Shown: positions 1-7,079 of the stretch, piece by piece
Position numbering within the stretch: the stretch's first letter is position 1
How the letters are laid out: each line of letters begins with the position of its first letter
Virus record (IMG/VR): IMGVR_UViG_3300043464_000933
Span: 1 to 40,932 of that record
Direction: 5' to 3' (one strand)
DNA length: 40,932 nt
Source: a virus
The notes under the pieces: generated by a model
Seen by the model: only the letters and a program-made list of their open reading frames with translations
Told to the model about the DNA's origin: nothing
The model's database searches: none
Position numbers and translations under genes: made by a program

Positions 1-127
1 TCACGCATCTTTTGCAGACGATTGATGAATTCGGCTTGCATCTTTGCCCCCGTACCAGGTAGGCCGTGGGTGTCAAACTCTGATGCCTTGAAGTTCTTGG
101 TTTCCCAGCTCATTTCTTTTTCGGTCT
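1..127. repeat. Terminal direct repeat copy 1 (circular-closure overlap)
   Basis: Bases 1-127 are base-for-base identical to 40806-40932. The repeat contains the first 113 nt of the endolysin gene, with a copy of its start codon at 111..113 on the minus strand. Confidence 0.95.
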
Positions 128-187
128 AATTAAACTTGTGGCCAATATAATTAAAATATAAATGAGCCAGATGCTGAAGAGAACCAA

Positions 188-478
188 TTAATGATTTTCG
201 GGGTTACGTCTATCCCTCCACGCCTTGTAGAGGTTTATGCCAGCCGTTCCGCAGCGAAGTATCCCAAGAATTACCGATATTGCGGTGGCTGCAAATACCA
301 TTATAGCGGATAGTTCTTCGTACCCATAAAATGGTACTTCAATTAAAATAAGCTTACTATCAACATACCATGCCCCCCATGCCAGGGTATGGATATACCA
401 ATCTTTCGTCATGTCCATTACAGCGGTTTTGATGGGGCAAATAAAATCTTTTACCTGCCAATATTTCACTTGCAGCAT
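188..478 (-). CDS. hypothetical small membrane protein (96 aa)
   Basis: ATG start verified at 478. There is one hydrophobic helix (LSAIMVFAATAISVILGIL). It overlaps the stop of the upstream ORF and lies just upstream of the endolysin on the circular map. Confidence 0.5.
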   Translation of the reverse strand: MLQVKYWQVKDFICPIKTAVMDMTKDWYIHTLAWGAWYVDSKLILIEVPFYGYEELSAIMVFAATAISVILGILRCGTAGINLYKAWRDRRNPENH

Positions 479-921
479 TCTGGCTTGATGTTTTTAAAGG
501 TGAATCGTACCACTACGAAGAACCTTTGAAAATTAAACTCAACTAAGTTGAAATAGGTGTTGTTTATATTGGAAGCATTAAAATCAAATGCGTCCACCAA
601 TATCTTTTCGTTTGGCGTGAAAGCTCGAATGATTTGGTCGTTGATGTTGTCCTGTGAGGCTACCACCATGGCAATAGTGTAATCATAAAGGCCACGCCTT
701 CTTAACTGTTCCTGCTCGCTTGGTGCGGCAGAATCAACCACGTAGAAGGCTGAACCAGGGAAGCTGTCATCGGCAAAGCAAAGTTCACCTGCATCGTTCA
801 CGTAGCCATTCCTTTGCCCTCCATCATTGTTCTGGATGAACTCCACGCCTTGCCCGAACCACTTGCCATCTGGCTGGGCTTGCTTGTAGATAGATTCAAG
901 GGCTTGGCTTATTTCGTTCAT
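466..921 (-). CDS. hypothetical protein (151 aa), probable virion/neck module
   Basis: ATG at 921 overlaps the upstream stop (ATGA). It is co-directional and tightly packed with the genes downstream of the terminase. No recognisable motif. Confidence 0.5.
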   Translation of the reverse strand: MNEISQALESIYKQAQPDGKWFGQGVEFIQNNDGGQRNGYVNDAGELCFADDSFPGSAFYVVDSAAPSEQEQLRRRGLYDYTIAMVVASQDNINDQIIRAFTPNEKILVDAFDFNASNINNTYFNLVEFNFQRFFVVVRFTFKNIKPECCK

Positions 922-1466
922 CGTAGAATCTTGCTAACAGCTTGATTAATTAAGGTCAAAAAGAACTTGTATTCCTGCTGAGTCGGGCCAAATATACGAC
1001 CAAAACGCTTTTCATTGTACCCTGCAATAACACTTTGTCCGCTGGTGAACCCAACCGCCCACCCATTGCCAGATGGGGCAGTAATAAAAGCCCTAAACAT
1101 TTGGCCAGAAAGGGTTAAATCAATGAAAGCAACCTGCCTGCCCAACTCCCTTCTAAGTTGAATGTAACCGCCTTCAAAGGTTCCTGGGCTTTTGTTTTTC
1201 TTGGAAAACCTTTTAGCAAATTGCCTTTGGTTGGCGTTATCAAAAAAGGCATTTGTAATTGGGCCAAAAGAAAGTTTGCCTGATGAATACTTCCCACCAC
1301 CAATCAAAGCACCTGAACTGTTTAAGCCTCTTTGTTGCACCCTTGTTTGAACTGCTGTCTGGGTTTGCAAAGCTGTAAACCTAAGTAGCTTTTGCCCGTT
1401 TAATAACTCTTTCCAGCGTTGCCTTTCGGCCTGCAAGAATGCCCGTGTGCTGTTGTAAGTTGCCAT
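918..1466 (-). CDS. hypothetical protein, possible head-tail joining / virion morphogenesis protein (182 aa)
   Basis: ATG at 1466 overlaps the upstream stop (TAATG). The C-terminal part (LTLSGQMFRAF...VGFTSGQSVIAGYNEKRFG) resembles the pattern of gp10/gpG-like neck proteins. This is a weak, by-eye assignment. Confidence 0.35.
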   Translation of the reverse strand: MATYNSTRAFLQAERQRWKELLNGQKLLRFTALQTQTAVQTRVQQRGLNSSGALIGGGKYSSGKLSFGPITNAFFDNANQRQFAKRFSKKNKSPGTFEGGYIQLRRELGRQVAFIDLTLSGQMFRAFITAPSGNGWAVGFTSGQSVIAGYNEKRFGRIFGPTQQEYKFFLTLINQAVSKILR

Positions 1467-2473
1467 TACACGGTCATTGATTGGCTGGTAAGGCTTATCT
1501 TCCCTTCGCAGTCGAAGCAGAAGCCTTGTGAGGTGTAATCCATGTTCCTGAGTAGGTCAGGAAGCATAGCGGTCAGCCTGTCGGTGTAGAAGGTTAACAA
1601 TGCTTGGAACTTGTCATTGCCGTTTGTGGCTATGTTGTTGGTGCGGAAGGTAGCCAGCTTAGTTTGAATCAGCTGGATGGCATAGCTAACTTGAAACGCA
1701 TCGGCAAACCTAAGTTTGTTTTGGCAGATGAAGCGATCAATGTCGCACTCAATCTGAATATCTGCCCAGATGCCAGCAGCCGAGCCGCCTATATTGATTT
1801 CGTCAATCGTTGGCAGCATACTCAAGTCAATGTAGGCAGGTCTAACTTGCCAGTCCATACCAGGTACACATGGCTCGTTACAGTACCATTCCCACAGGTA
1901 GCCCCCTGGTGTTTCAATGGTTTCAAGTGCCATGCAGTCAATGCCGATGAATAGCCGCATACTTGCCCAATCCGTTGTAAACACTTCGTCTACTTCAATC
2001 TTGTTCAGACCTGGGGTAAGGGTTAGTATTTCGGTGAACAAAGCCGTGCCATCGTTTGCGTCAAAGATAGTCAGGTTGGAAGGTGCGGCTATCTTAGCGA
2101 ACACAAACACGTTCCTGACACGTATCTGACTGATGTTGGATTGCGGAAGTTCAGCCAACACGCCCCGCCAACGGTTAGAGGGTGCAATGGTGTTGCCTGT
2201 GTTTCGGTAGCGGTCAATGGGCATGGTGCGGAACGCCAACTCATTGAAGTTCATCCTTGCGGACAGCTGGCCGTTAATCTTCTGCCGTAGTTCACGATAC
2301 CCGCTTGCCTGCGTTGAAGTCCATAAGCCAGCCCATCCCTTGGAGTCAGGGGCAATGGCTGGTAATAGTTCCGTGTCGATACCTGGGAGGTCATCAACAT
2401 AGAGGCCAGAGATTGAATCCTCAACCTTGCATTTACGCAGGCCAATGAAGTTGTCTAAGCATTCTGGTAACAT
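1466..2473 (-). CDS. hypothetical protein (335 aa), probable virion protein
   Basis: Long ORF starting 14 nt after the TerL stop, with ATG verified at 2473. No motif recognised. It is too small to be a typical portal. Confidence 0.5.
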   Translation of the reverse strand: MLPECLDNFIGLRKCKVEDSISGLYVDDLPGIDTELLPAIAPDSKGWAGLWTSTQASGYRELRQKINGQLSARMNFNELAFRTMPIDRYRNTGNTIAPSNRWRGVLAELPQSNISQIRVRNVFVFAKIAAPSNLTIFDANDGTALFTEILTLTPGLNKIEVDEVFTTDWASMRLFIGIDCMALETIETPGGYLWEWYCNEPCVPGMDWQVRPAYIDLSMLPTIDEINIGGSAAGIWADIQIECDIDRFICQNKLRFADAFQVSYAIQLIQTKLATFRTNNIATNGNDKFQALLTFYTDRLTAMLPDLLRNMDYTSQGFCFDCEGKISLTSQSMTV

Positions 2474-2478
2474 GGTGG

Positions 2479-2486
2479 CAAATGTA
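2479..2486 (-). promoter_or_regulatory. TACATTTG (-7-type box) 5 nt upstream of the ATG at 2473
   Basis: The minus strand reads TACATTTG-CCACC-ATG inside the 14-nt TerL/335-aa intergenic spacer. No TTTG -33 element lies at the expected distance. Confidence 0.3.
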
Positions 2487-2487
2487 A

Positions 2488-3816
2488 TTAATTTATTGTT
2501 TTGTGCAGACCCTTAAAATTAGCTTGCACCAGATACCTGAACGTGTCAAGGCAGTGGCCTATCTTTGGGTTCTTCTTCTTCCACGGGTCAAGGCTAAACC
2601 CGCTGTCCACCTTGGCCGCCAGTAGGTCATTAATCAACTCAATGTTGCCATCAGGATATAGGCTTTCGCTGTCAGCTTTGGCAAAGAATACCCAATCATA
2701 ACGAACCAATGCCGTGTTGCACATGAATCTGCTATTCTCATGGCTTGCGTTGAATGATGCTATCTTAAGTTGTGAATCGCTTAGGTTCATGGCCTGCTTG
2801 ATTATCTGATAGCCTGATATATTGCCTGATGTAAAAGCAGAACGATTCCCACCGCTTGCATCCCCGTTAATCCAAACCATCTCCGAGCCATAACGCTGGT
2901 CAAGGTACTTGCACATGGTAACAAGGTCATTATGCCTAACCGTTTCCAGCAGGTACACCGTGCCTTCTTTGGTTTCCGTTGGTGTGTGGTCAATCTGCCA
3001 AACCGTGCAGGTGTTCTTAATGTTGAAGTCAAAGGACAGGATAACATCGAACTCTTCAAACATTCCAGGGCTTTGTTCATGGTTGACCATTGCTGCCTTG
3101 TTGAACTTGGGTGCAAACAGGCTCTCTGGGTCTACTTGCCCCCACTCGCCTAAGGTGTAGACTGCATGATAGTAGGGATCAACTTCTGCTAACGAGTTAA
3201 GCCTTGCGATGTATTCAGGGTCAAGAAACTTATTATCAAGGTAAGTGGTCTTTAGCGTCTTAATCTGATCAACCTCATTGCTTGGTGGATGGTCAAAGAA
3301 CCTGCCCTTTAGCCAGTGGGTTTCATTGACAGGGTTGAAGGTTAGCCAGAACCGCTTTGGTTCCTCTGATTGACCTCTGAGCCGCAAGGTTACCTGTGTG
3401 AAGTCTTCAAGGCTAAATTCGTTCACCTCTTCCAGCCATACCTCATTGGCTGGGGCAAGTGATTTGATTTTCTGCTCGTCATCCAAGCCCATCATAATGA
3501 TTGAATTGGTTCCAAAGTTTATTTCAAACCTTGATTCGTAAAACGTCATGTACTGTTCAATCCCCCATTCTCCAGCTAAAGCTTTGGCCTCTGTCCAAAG
3601 GGATTGACGGATGGATGAACGGGTTTTGCGAAAGAAGTAACCCCGATAGTTGTTTCCTGTTACCAACTTGGATAAAAACCTTTGGTGCATGAATGCTGAC
3701 TTTCCTGAACCTGCGCCCCCGTAAAGTATATTGTAGATTCTTGGCTCATCCAAAAAGTCCAGATATACTTCGTTCCACAGGTCAGGATGGGTTACGTCTA
3801 ATTGCATCGGGGGCAA
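2488..3816 (-). CDS. terL: terminase large subunit (PBSX/Terminase_3-like)
   Basis: Walker A motif YGGAGSGKSAF near the N-terminus, about 440 aa, downstream of a small-terminase candidate. The ORF-track start at 3816 is a TTG. The first ATG is at 3807 (MQLDVTHP...) and is the more likely start. Confidence 0.9.
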   Translation of the reverse strand: MPPMQLDVTHPDLWNEVYLDFLDEPRIYNILYGGAGSGKSAFMHQRFLSKLVTGNNYRGYFFRKTRSSIRQSLWTEAKALAGEWGIEQYMTFYESRFEINFGTNSIIMMGLDDEQKIKSLAPANEVWLEEVNEFSLEDFTQVTLRLRGQSEEPKRFWLTFNPVNETHWLKGRFFDHPPSNEVDQIKTLKTTYLDNKFLDPEYIARLNSLAEVDPYYHAVYTLGEWGQVDPESLFAPKFNKAAMVNHEQSPGMFEEFDVILSFDFNIKNTCTVWQIDHTPTETKEGTVYLLETVRHNDLVTMCKYLDQRYGSEMVWINGDASGGNRSAFTSGNISGYQIIKQAMNLSDSQLKIASFNASHENSRFMCNTALVRYDWVFFAKADSESLYPDGNIELINDLLAAKVDSGFSLDPWKKKNPKIGHCLDTFRYLVQANFKGLHKTIN

Positions 3817-3821
3817 AGGTC
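3814..3821 (-). promoter_or_regulatory. GACCTTTG (-7-like box) 6 nt upstream of the TerL ATG at 3807
   Basis: The minus strand reads TTGTTGACCTTTG-CCCCCG-ATG immediately after a terminator hairpin. The nearest TTTG lies only 15 nt upstream, so the spacing is non-canonical. Confidence 0.3.
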
Positions 3822-3824
3822 AAC

Positions 3825-3851
3825 AAAAAACGGCCACAAATTGCAGCCGCC
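3825..3851 (-). terminator. intrinsic terminator between small-terminase candidate and TerL
   Basis: Minus strand GGCGGCTGCAATTTGTGGCCG: a 7-bp stem (two G-U pairs) and a 5-nt loop, followed by TTTTTT. Confidence 0.5.
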
Positions 3852-3886
3852 TTTTACCATGAAACCTAATTGAAAAAAAACAATCC

Positions 3887-4177
3887 CTATTTTAACTTCT
3901 TTGGAAGCACTACGTGGATTTCTGGCAGCACTACATTGTGGTTCTGGCTAACCTTGCCATAAGCCCTATCCAGCAGCAGTTCAGCAGCCCTTGCATCGCC
4001 TTTGATAGCCTTCGCTCGCAAGCCCATCAGGATAGCTTCAGCAGCCGTTTTGCCGTCCTTCTCGTCACCAAGGACGTTGGCAAGTAGTTCCCGCAGTTCG
4101 GGAATCTTGCGGGGTCGGCCATTGGGGTTTCCTGACTGGCCTTTGGGTATCTTTTTGCCATCATGCGGAAATGCCAT
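3887..4177 (-). CDS. small-terminase candidate / DUF5681-like protein (96 aa)
   Basis: Contains the motif KGQSGNPNGRPRK, typical of small proteins encoded directly upstream of TerL in many phages, followed by a helical C-terminus. ATG verified at 4177. Confidence 0.5.
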   Translation of the reverse strand: MAFPHDGKKIPKGQSGNPNGRPRKIPELRELLANVLGDEKDGKTAAEAILMGLRAKAIKGDARAAELLLDRAYGKVSQNHNVVLPEIHVVLPKKLK

Positions 4178-5387
4178 CTTGCGTTTGTTTTGCGTCTGTT
4201 TTCAAATAAGCCTCTCCATTGCGTTTAATGACCAGATTTGGGTCAAGTTTCAGCATCCTATCGACAATCACTTGACAGTATTTTGGGTCGAGTTCCATTC
4301 CGTAACATTTGCGTTTAAGTTGGTGTGATGCTACCATTGTTGTTCCGCCACCTAAATATAAATCAGCAACTAAATCATTATCCTTACCCCATTTATTAAA
4401 AAACCAATTAGCTAATTCAATAGGTTTTTGTGTTGGATGCACTCTACCTTTTGTGTCTTGTGATGGCATACCAAATATACCAGCCCATTTAACTCTTGCT
4501 ATATCTCTCTTATGCTTATTCTTTGACCAACATAACTCAAATGTGCTACCATACATTTTATCGGAACTTTTATCCTCTGCTATATCATCATTACCATTTG
4601 CTCTTTTATCCCATACTATCCAACTGCCATTATTTTTATTAGGAAGCAACTCTGCAAAATAATCGGCACCCCATATAAATATTTCCTTGCAATCATTAAA
4701 ACAAGCAAATATTGTATTAATTAATTCTTCAGTAAAATCTTCGTGGTCTCCTTTTACATTATCATATTTCTTGCCACCAATACCACCCTTAAATATTTCG
4801 CTTTTCATTCCACTATAATCAGCATCTAACTTCATCCCATAAGGAGGGTCAGTAAATACCATATCAGCCTTTTGTCCATTCATTAGCTTTGCCACTTGGT
4901 CGCTATCCGTACTATCCCCACAAAGCAACCTATGTTCTCCTATCTCAAACAAATCACCTAAAACAATATCTGTTTCAATGCCGCCATCAGGAACTGCAAA
5001 ATCATCTTCTTCGGCTTCTGCTTCTTCTTCAAAAACAGGCACATCTAAACCCCACTTTTCTAAATCTTCAGCTTCCCATTCGTTTGCAAGCATATCCCAA
5101 TCCCACTCGCCAAAGCCGACATTATCCTTGACAATAAACTCACGCTGCTTTTCTTCAGGCCAATTGACAACCTCAACAGGTGCTTCCTTCCAACCCGCTT
5201 GCTGCATGGCCTTGAACCGCATATTGCCACCAAGAATAACCATGTCGGCATTAACGACAATCGGCCTGACCTTTGCCATCTCTGGAAAGTCTTTAAGGCT
5301 CTGTACCAGCTTATGGAACTTATCGTCCTTGATAAGCCTTGGGTTGCTTGGGTTTGCTTTGATTGAATTGATTTTAACTATCTGCAT
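4161..5387 (-). CDS. ParB-like N-terminal domain fused to DNA N6-adenine/N4-cytosine methyltransferase (408 aa)
   Basis: N-terminus is ParB-nuclease-like (NPSNPRLI...ILGGNMRFKA). C-terminus carries FTDPPYG, WIVWDK, HPTQKP and LYLGGGTT, the N6_N4_Mtase signature. The methylase half is visibly more AT-rich than the ParB half. Confidence 0.85.
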   Translation of the reverse strand: MQIVKINSIKANPSNPRLIKDDKFHKLVQSLKDFPEMAKVRPIVVNADMVILGGNMRFKAMQQAGWKEAPVEVVNWPEEKQREFIVKDNVGFGEWDWDMLANEWEAEDLEKWGLDVPVFEEEAEAEEDDFAVPDGGIETDIVLGDLFEIGEHRLLCGDSTDSDQVAKLMNGQKADMVFTDPPYGMKLDADYSGMKSEIFKGGIGGKKYDNVKGDHEDFTEELINTIFACFNDCKEIFIWGADYFAELLPNKNNGSWIVWDKRANGNDDIAEDKSSDKMYGSTFELCWSKNKHKRDIARVKWAGIFGMPSQDTKGRVHPTQKPIELANWFFNKWGKDNDLVADLYLGGGTTMVASHQLKRKCYGMELDPKYCQVIVDRMLKLDPNLVIKRNGEAYLKTDAKQTQDGISA

Positions 5388-5392
5388 AAGGT

Positions 5393-5557
5393 CTATTTCT
5401 TTTTCTTAGCCTTTGGCTTCTTGGCCGTCTTAGCTGCCTCCTTGAAGTCCTTTGCCGTTGGGGCATCCTTAGAACCTACCCTGTTCATTTTCTCTCCTGA
5501 CCCTGCTGCAATGCGTTTCTTCTTCGCATTGATGTTGGCATACAATCCTGTTTTCAT
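5393..5557 (-). CDS. small lysine-rich protein (54 aa), absent from the supplied ORF track
   Basis: ATG 5557..5555, TAG 5395..5393. Translation: MKTGLYANINAKKKRIAAGSGEKMNRVGSKDAPTAKDFKEAAKTAKKPKAKKKK. It starts 1 nt (position 5558) after the upstream stop codon and fills an otherwise empty gap. Confidence 0.55.
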   Translation of the reverse strand: MKTGLYANINAKKKRIAAGSGEKMNRVGSKDAPTAKDFKEAAKTAKKPKAKKKK

Positions 5558-5558
5558 G

Positions 5559-5789
5559 TTATGTTCGTTTAAACTTTTTCGCCTTTGACTTAACTGACTT
5601 CTTGCCCACGCACCCCCACGCCTCTCGGCTCAGGTCGTTCGGGCATGGTGGGTTCTTGCACTTCTTGATGCCAGCAGACCTCGCACAGTAGGCATCGCCC
5701 TTGGGTGTGCCAGGTGCGATTGTGTAACCCTTCGCCCCAAACTTAACTGTGCGGTCACCAACCTTTGTTTGAAACTTCTTTTCTGCCAT
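5559..5789 (-). CDS. small basic Cys-containing protein (76 aa)
   Basis: ATG at 5789 overlaps the upstream stop (TAATG). Contains KGDAYCARSAGIKKCKNPPCPNDLSREAWGC and a lysine-rich tail. I cannot name a family with certainty. Confidence 0.6.
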   Translation of the reverse strand: MAEKKFQTKVGDRTVKFGAKGYTIAPGTPKGDAYCARSAGIKKCKNPPCPNDLSREAWGCVGKKSVKSKAKKFKRT

Positions 5790-5926
5790 TACTTCTTTTT
5801 GCGTTTAGCTTTTTTCGCAACACTTAGGGCAATTGCAACTGCTTGCTTCTGTTTAACACCAGACTTCATTTCAGTCTTGATATTTTTACTCACAGTTTTA
5901 GCTGAATATCCTTGTTTTAATGGCAT
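5789..5926 (-). CDS. small lysine-rich protein (45 aa), absent from the supplied ORF track
   Basis: ATG 5926..5924, TAA 5791..5789. Translation: MPLKQGYSAKTVSKNIKTEMKSGVKQKQAVAIALSVAKKAKRKKK. First gene after a promoter-like box. Confidence 0.55.
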   Translation of the reverse strand: MPLKQGYSAKTVSKNIKTEMKSGVKQKQAVAIALSVAKKAKRKKK

Positions 5927-5939
5927 GGCCTTTTTTTTG

Positions 5940-5973
5940 CAAATATAAAACAAAAAGCCGCCTGCAATGCAAA
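5940..5973 (-). promoter_or_regulatory. Bacteroidota-type promoter candidate (TTTG-N22-TATATTTG)
   Basis: The minus strand has TATATTTG at 5947..5940, 13 nt before the ATG at 5926. A TTTG lies 22 nt upstream, and a TTTGCAAA palindrome overlaps the box. Confidence 0.45.
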
Positions 5974-5978
5974 CGGCC
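5947..5978 (-). terminator. intrinsic terminator after the early small-gene cluster
   Basis: Minus strand GGCCGTTTGCATTGCAGGCGGC: an 8-bp stem including two G-U pairs and a 5-nt loop, followed by TTTTTGTTTT. Confidence 0.5.
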
Positions 5979-6021
5979 TTTACAAATGAAACCTTACACT
6001 AAAATTAACCAAAAACCATTT

Positions 6022-6210
6022 TTATTTTCTCAGGATAAAATAACCCCAAATAATTGAGGCTACCAAAATTATTCCAATTGCCAAGCTGCGATAGTCAAGG
6101 CCATGCTTCGAGAAATGGTAGGCAGAATATCCGACCCAAATAATGGCTATCCATATAAGCTCCTTGCCAATGTTCCTGGGCTTGATGAGCGGGTTGTTGT
6201 TATTGTTCAT
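6022..6210 (-). CDS. small two-TM membrane protein (62 aa from the ATG)
   Basis: The ORF-track start at 6228 is a TTG; the first ATG is at 6210 (MNNNNNPLIK...). Two hydrophobic helices: LIWIAIIWVGYSAY and LAIGIILVASIIWGYFIL. Confidence 0.5.
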   Translation of the reverse strand: MNNNNNPLIKPRNIGKELIWIAIIWVGYSAYHFSKHGLDYRSLAIGIILVASIIWGYFILRK

Positions 6211-6502
6211 CCTGATTTGCTTTTTCAATCAAACTTGCAATCACGTGTTCGGCAATGGTGTAGTTTACCAGTTCGTTGGTGTAATCTATGATGCCTGCTG
6301 CATCAATAGCGTGTTGGGCTTGCTCCTTCAGGAGCAGGTAGGGCTTGCCGTCAATCTTGATATCCGTTCCGCAGTAGTGGATTAGCAACGAGAAGCCTCG
6401 TGACTCAATCCATAGATCAGCGGCAATGTGCGGAGCGTAGTGGCGCAGGTATTCACCATCGTGGTTATACGTTGCGAACCAGGTTTTAGGCGTTGTCATC
6501 AT
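6200..6502 (-). CDS. hypothetical protein (100 aa)
   Basis: The likely start is the ATGATG at 6502 (MMTTPKTW...), which overlaps the end of the upstream ORF. The longer track ORF reaches 6550. Confidence 0.5.
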   Translation of the reverse strand: MMTTPKTWFATYNHDGEYLRHYAPHIAADLWIESRGFSLLIHYCGTDIKIDGKPYLLLKEQAQHAIDAAGIIDYTNELVNYTIAEHVIASLIEKANQDEQ

Positions 6503-6698
6503 TTTGTAAAATTTTAATGGTTTCGATGGATGGTTTGGAAGTAGCCTCATAGCTAAACTTCATCTGGCTTAAGCCCAATGGGGCAACAATCTGTGATTGC
6601 ATGGCCAGCTGGTTTAACTCACGAATGAAGGCTGGCATGGAGTCCAGTTCAGCGTCAACCTGGACGCTAAACTGGAAGGTAATGGTGGCTTGGAGCAT
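6486..6698 (-). CDS. hypothetical protein (70 aa)
   Basis: ATG verified at 6698, 1 nt (position 6699) after the upstream stop codon. No motif recognised. Confidence 0.45.
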   Translation of the reverse strand: MLQATITFQFSVQVDAELDSMPAFIRELNQLAMQSQIVAPLGLSQMKFSYEATSKPSIETIKILQNDDNA

Positions 6699-6699
6699 G

Positions 6700-6993
6700 T
6701 TACAGGCTTTTGAAGTAGTTTAAAAGTGAATTAAAATACTTTGTGTAGTATTGTTTTGCATAATCATTCATGTATGCAGGTTTAACACTTTTAGCTTGTC
6801 GAATTGTAGCTGTTTTTATTCCAAAGGTTTTAGCTGCAAAGTCAACAAAAGTTTCAAGTTTGCTGTCGAGCCATTTAATGTCGCAATCCCTAAATTGTCC
6901 TTCATTTAATTGAGAAAGAATTTTTTCAATTGGGCTAACCAATATGGCTTCAATTATGAATTGGTCAATTGCTGCGTTGTTTGTCGTTTTCAT
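6700..6993 (-). CDS. hypothetical protein (97 aa)
   Basis: ATG verified at 6993, preceded by a conserved promoter and leader cassette. AT-rich composition. Confidence 0.55.
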   Translation of the reverse strand: MKTTNNAAIDQFIIEAILVSPIEKILSQLNEGQFRDCDIKWLDSKLETFVDFAAKTFGIKTATIRQAKSVKPAYMNDYAKQYYTKYFNSLLNYFKSL

Positions 6994-7030
6994 TTCCGTG
7001 TGATTTTTGGTTTGTAATTGTAATACGTGG

Positions 7031-7061
7031 CAAAGGTCTAAAATGGTTTCACATTTGCAAA
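7031..7061 (-). promoter_or_regulatory. Bacteroidota sigma-A-type promoter (TTTG-N19-GACCTTTG)
   Basis: Minus strand: TTTG at 7061..7058, exactly 19 nt, then GACCTTTG at 7038..7031. It is part of a cassette repeated at 8759..8797 (35/39 nt identical). Confidence 0.6.
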
Positions 7062-7079
7062 ATTATTTTGCAATTATTT

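Noticed and set aside
1604-1954. Many 60-140-aa ORFs in the track lie antisense to, or in alternative frames of, long genes. Examples: 1604..1954, 4002..4328, 4309..4662, 4978..5409, 9786..10067, 36123..36530, 37311..37739, 21052..21564, 2802..3116.
   Set aside because: They are nested inside longer ORFs that have clear motifs or tight operon packing. They have low-complexity or odd composition and lack promoter boxes. I treat them as shadow ORFs.
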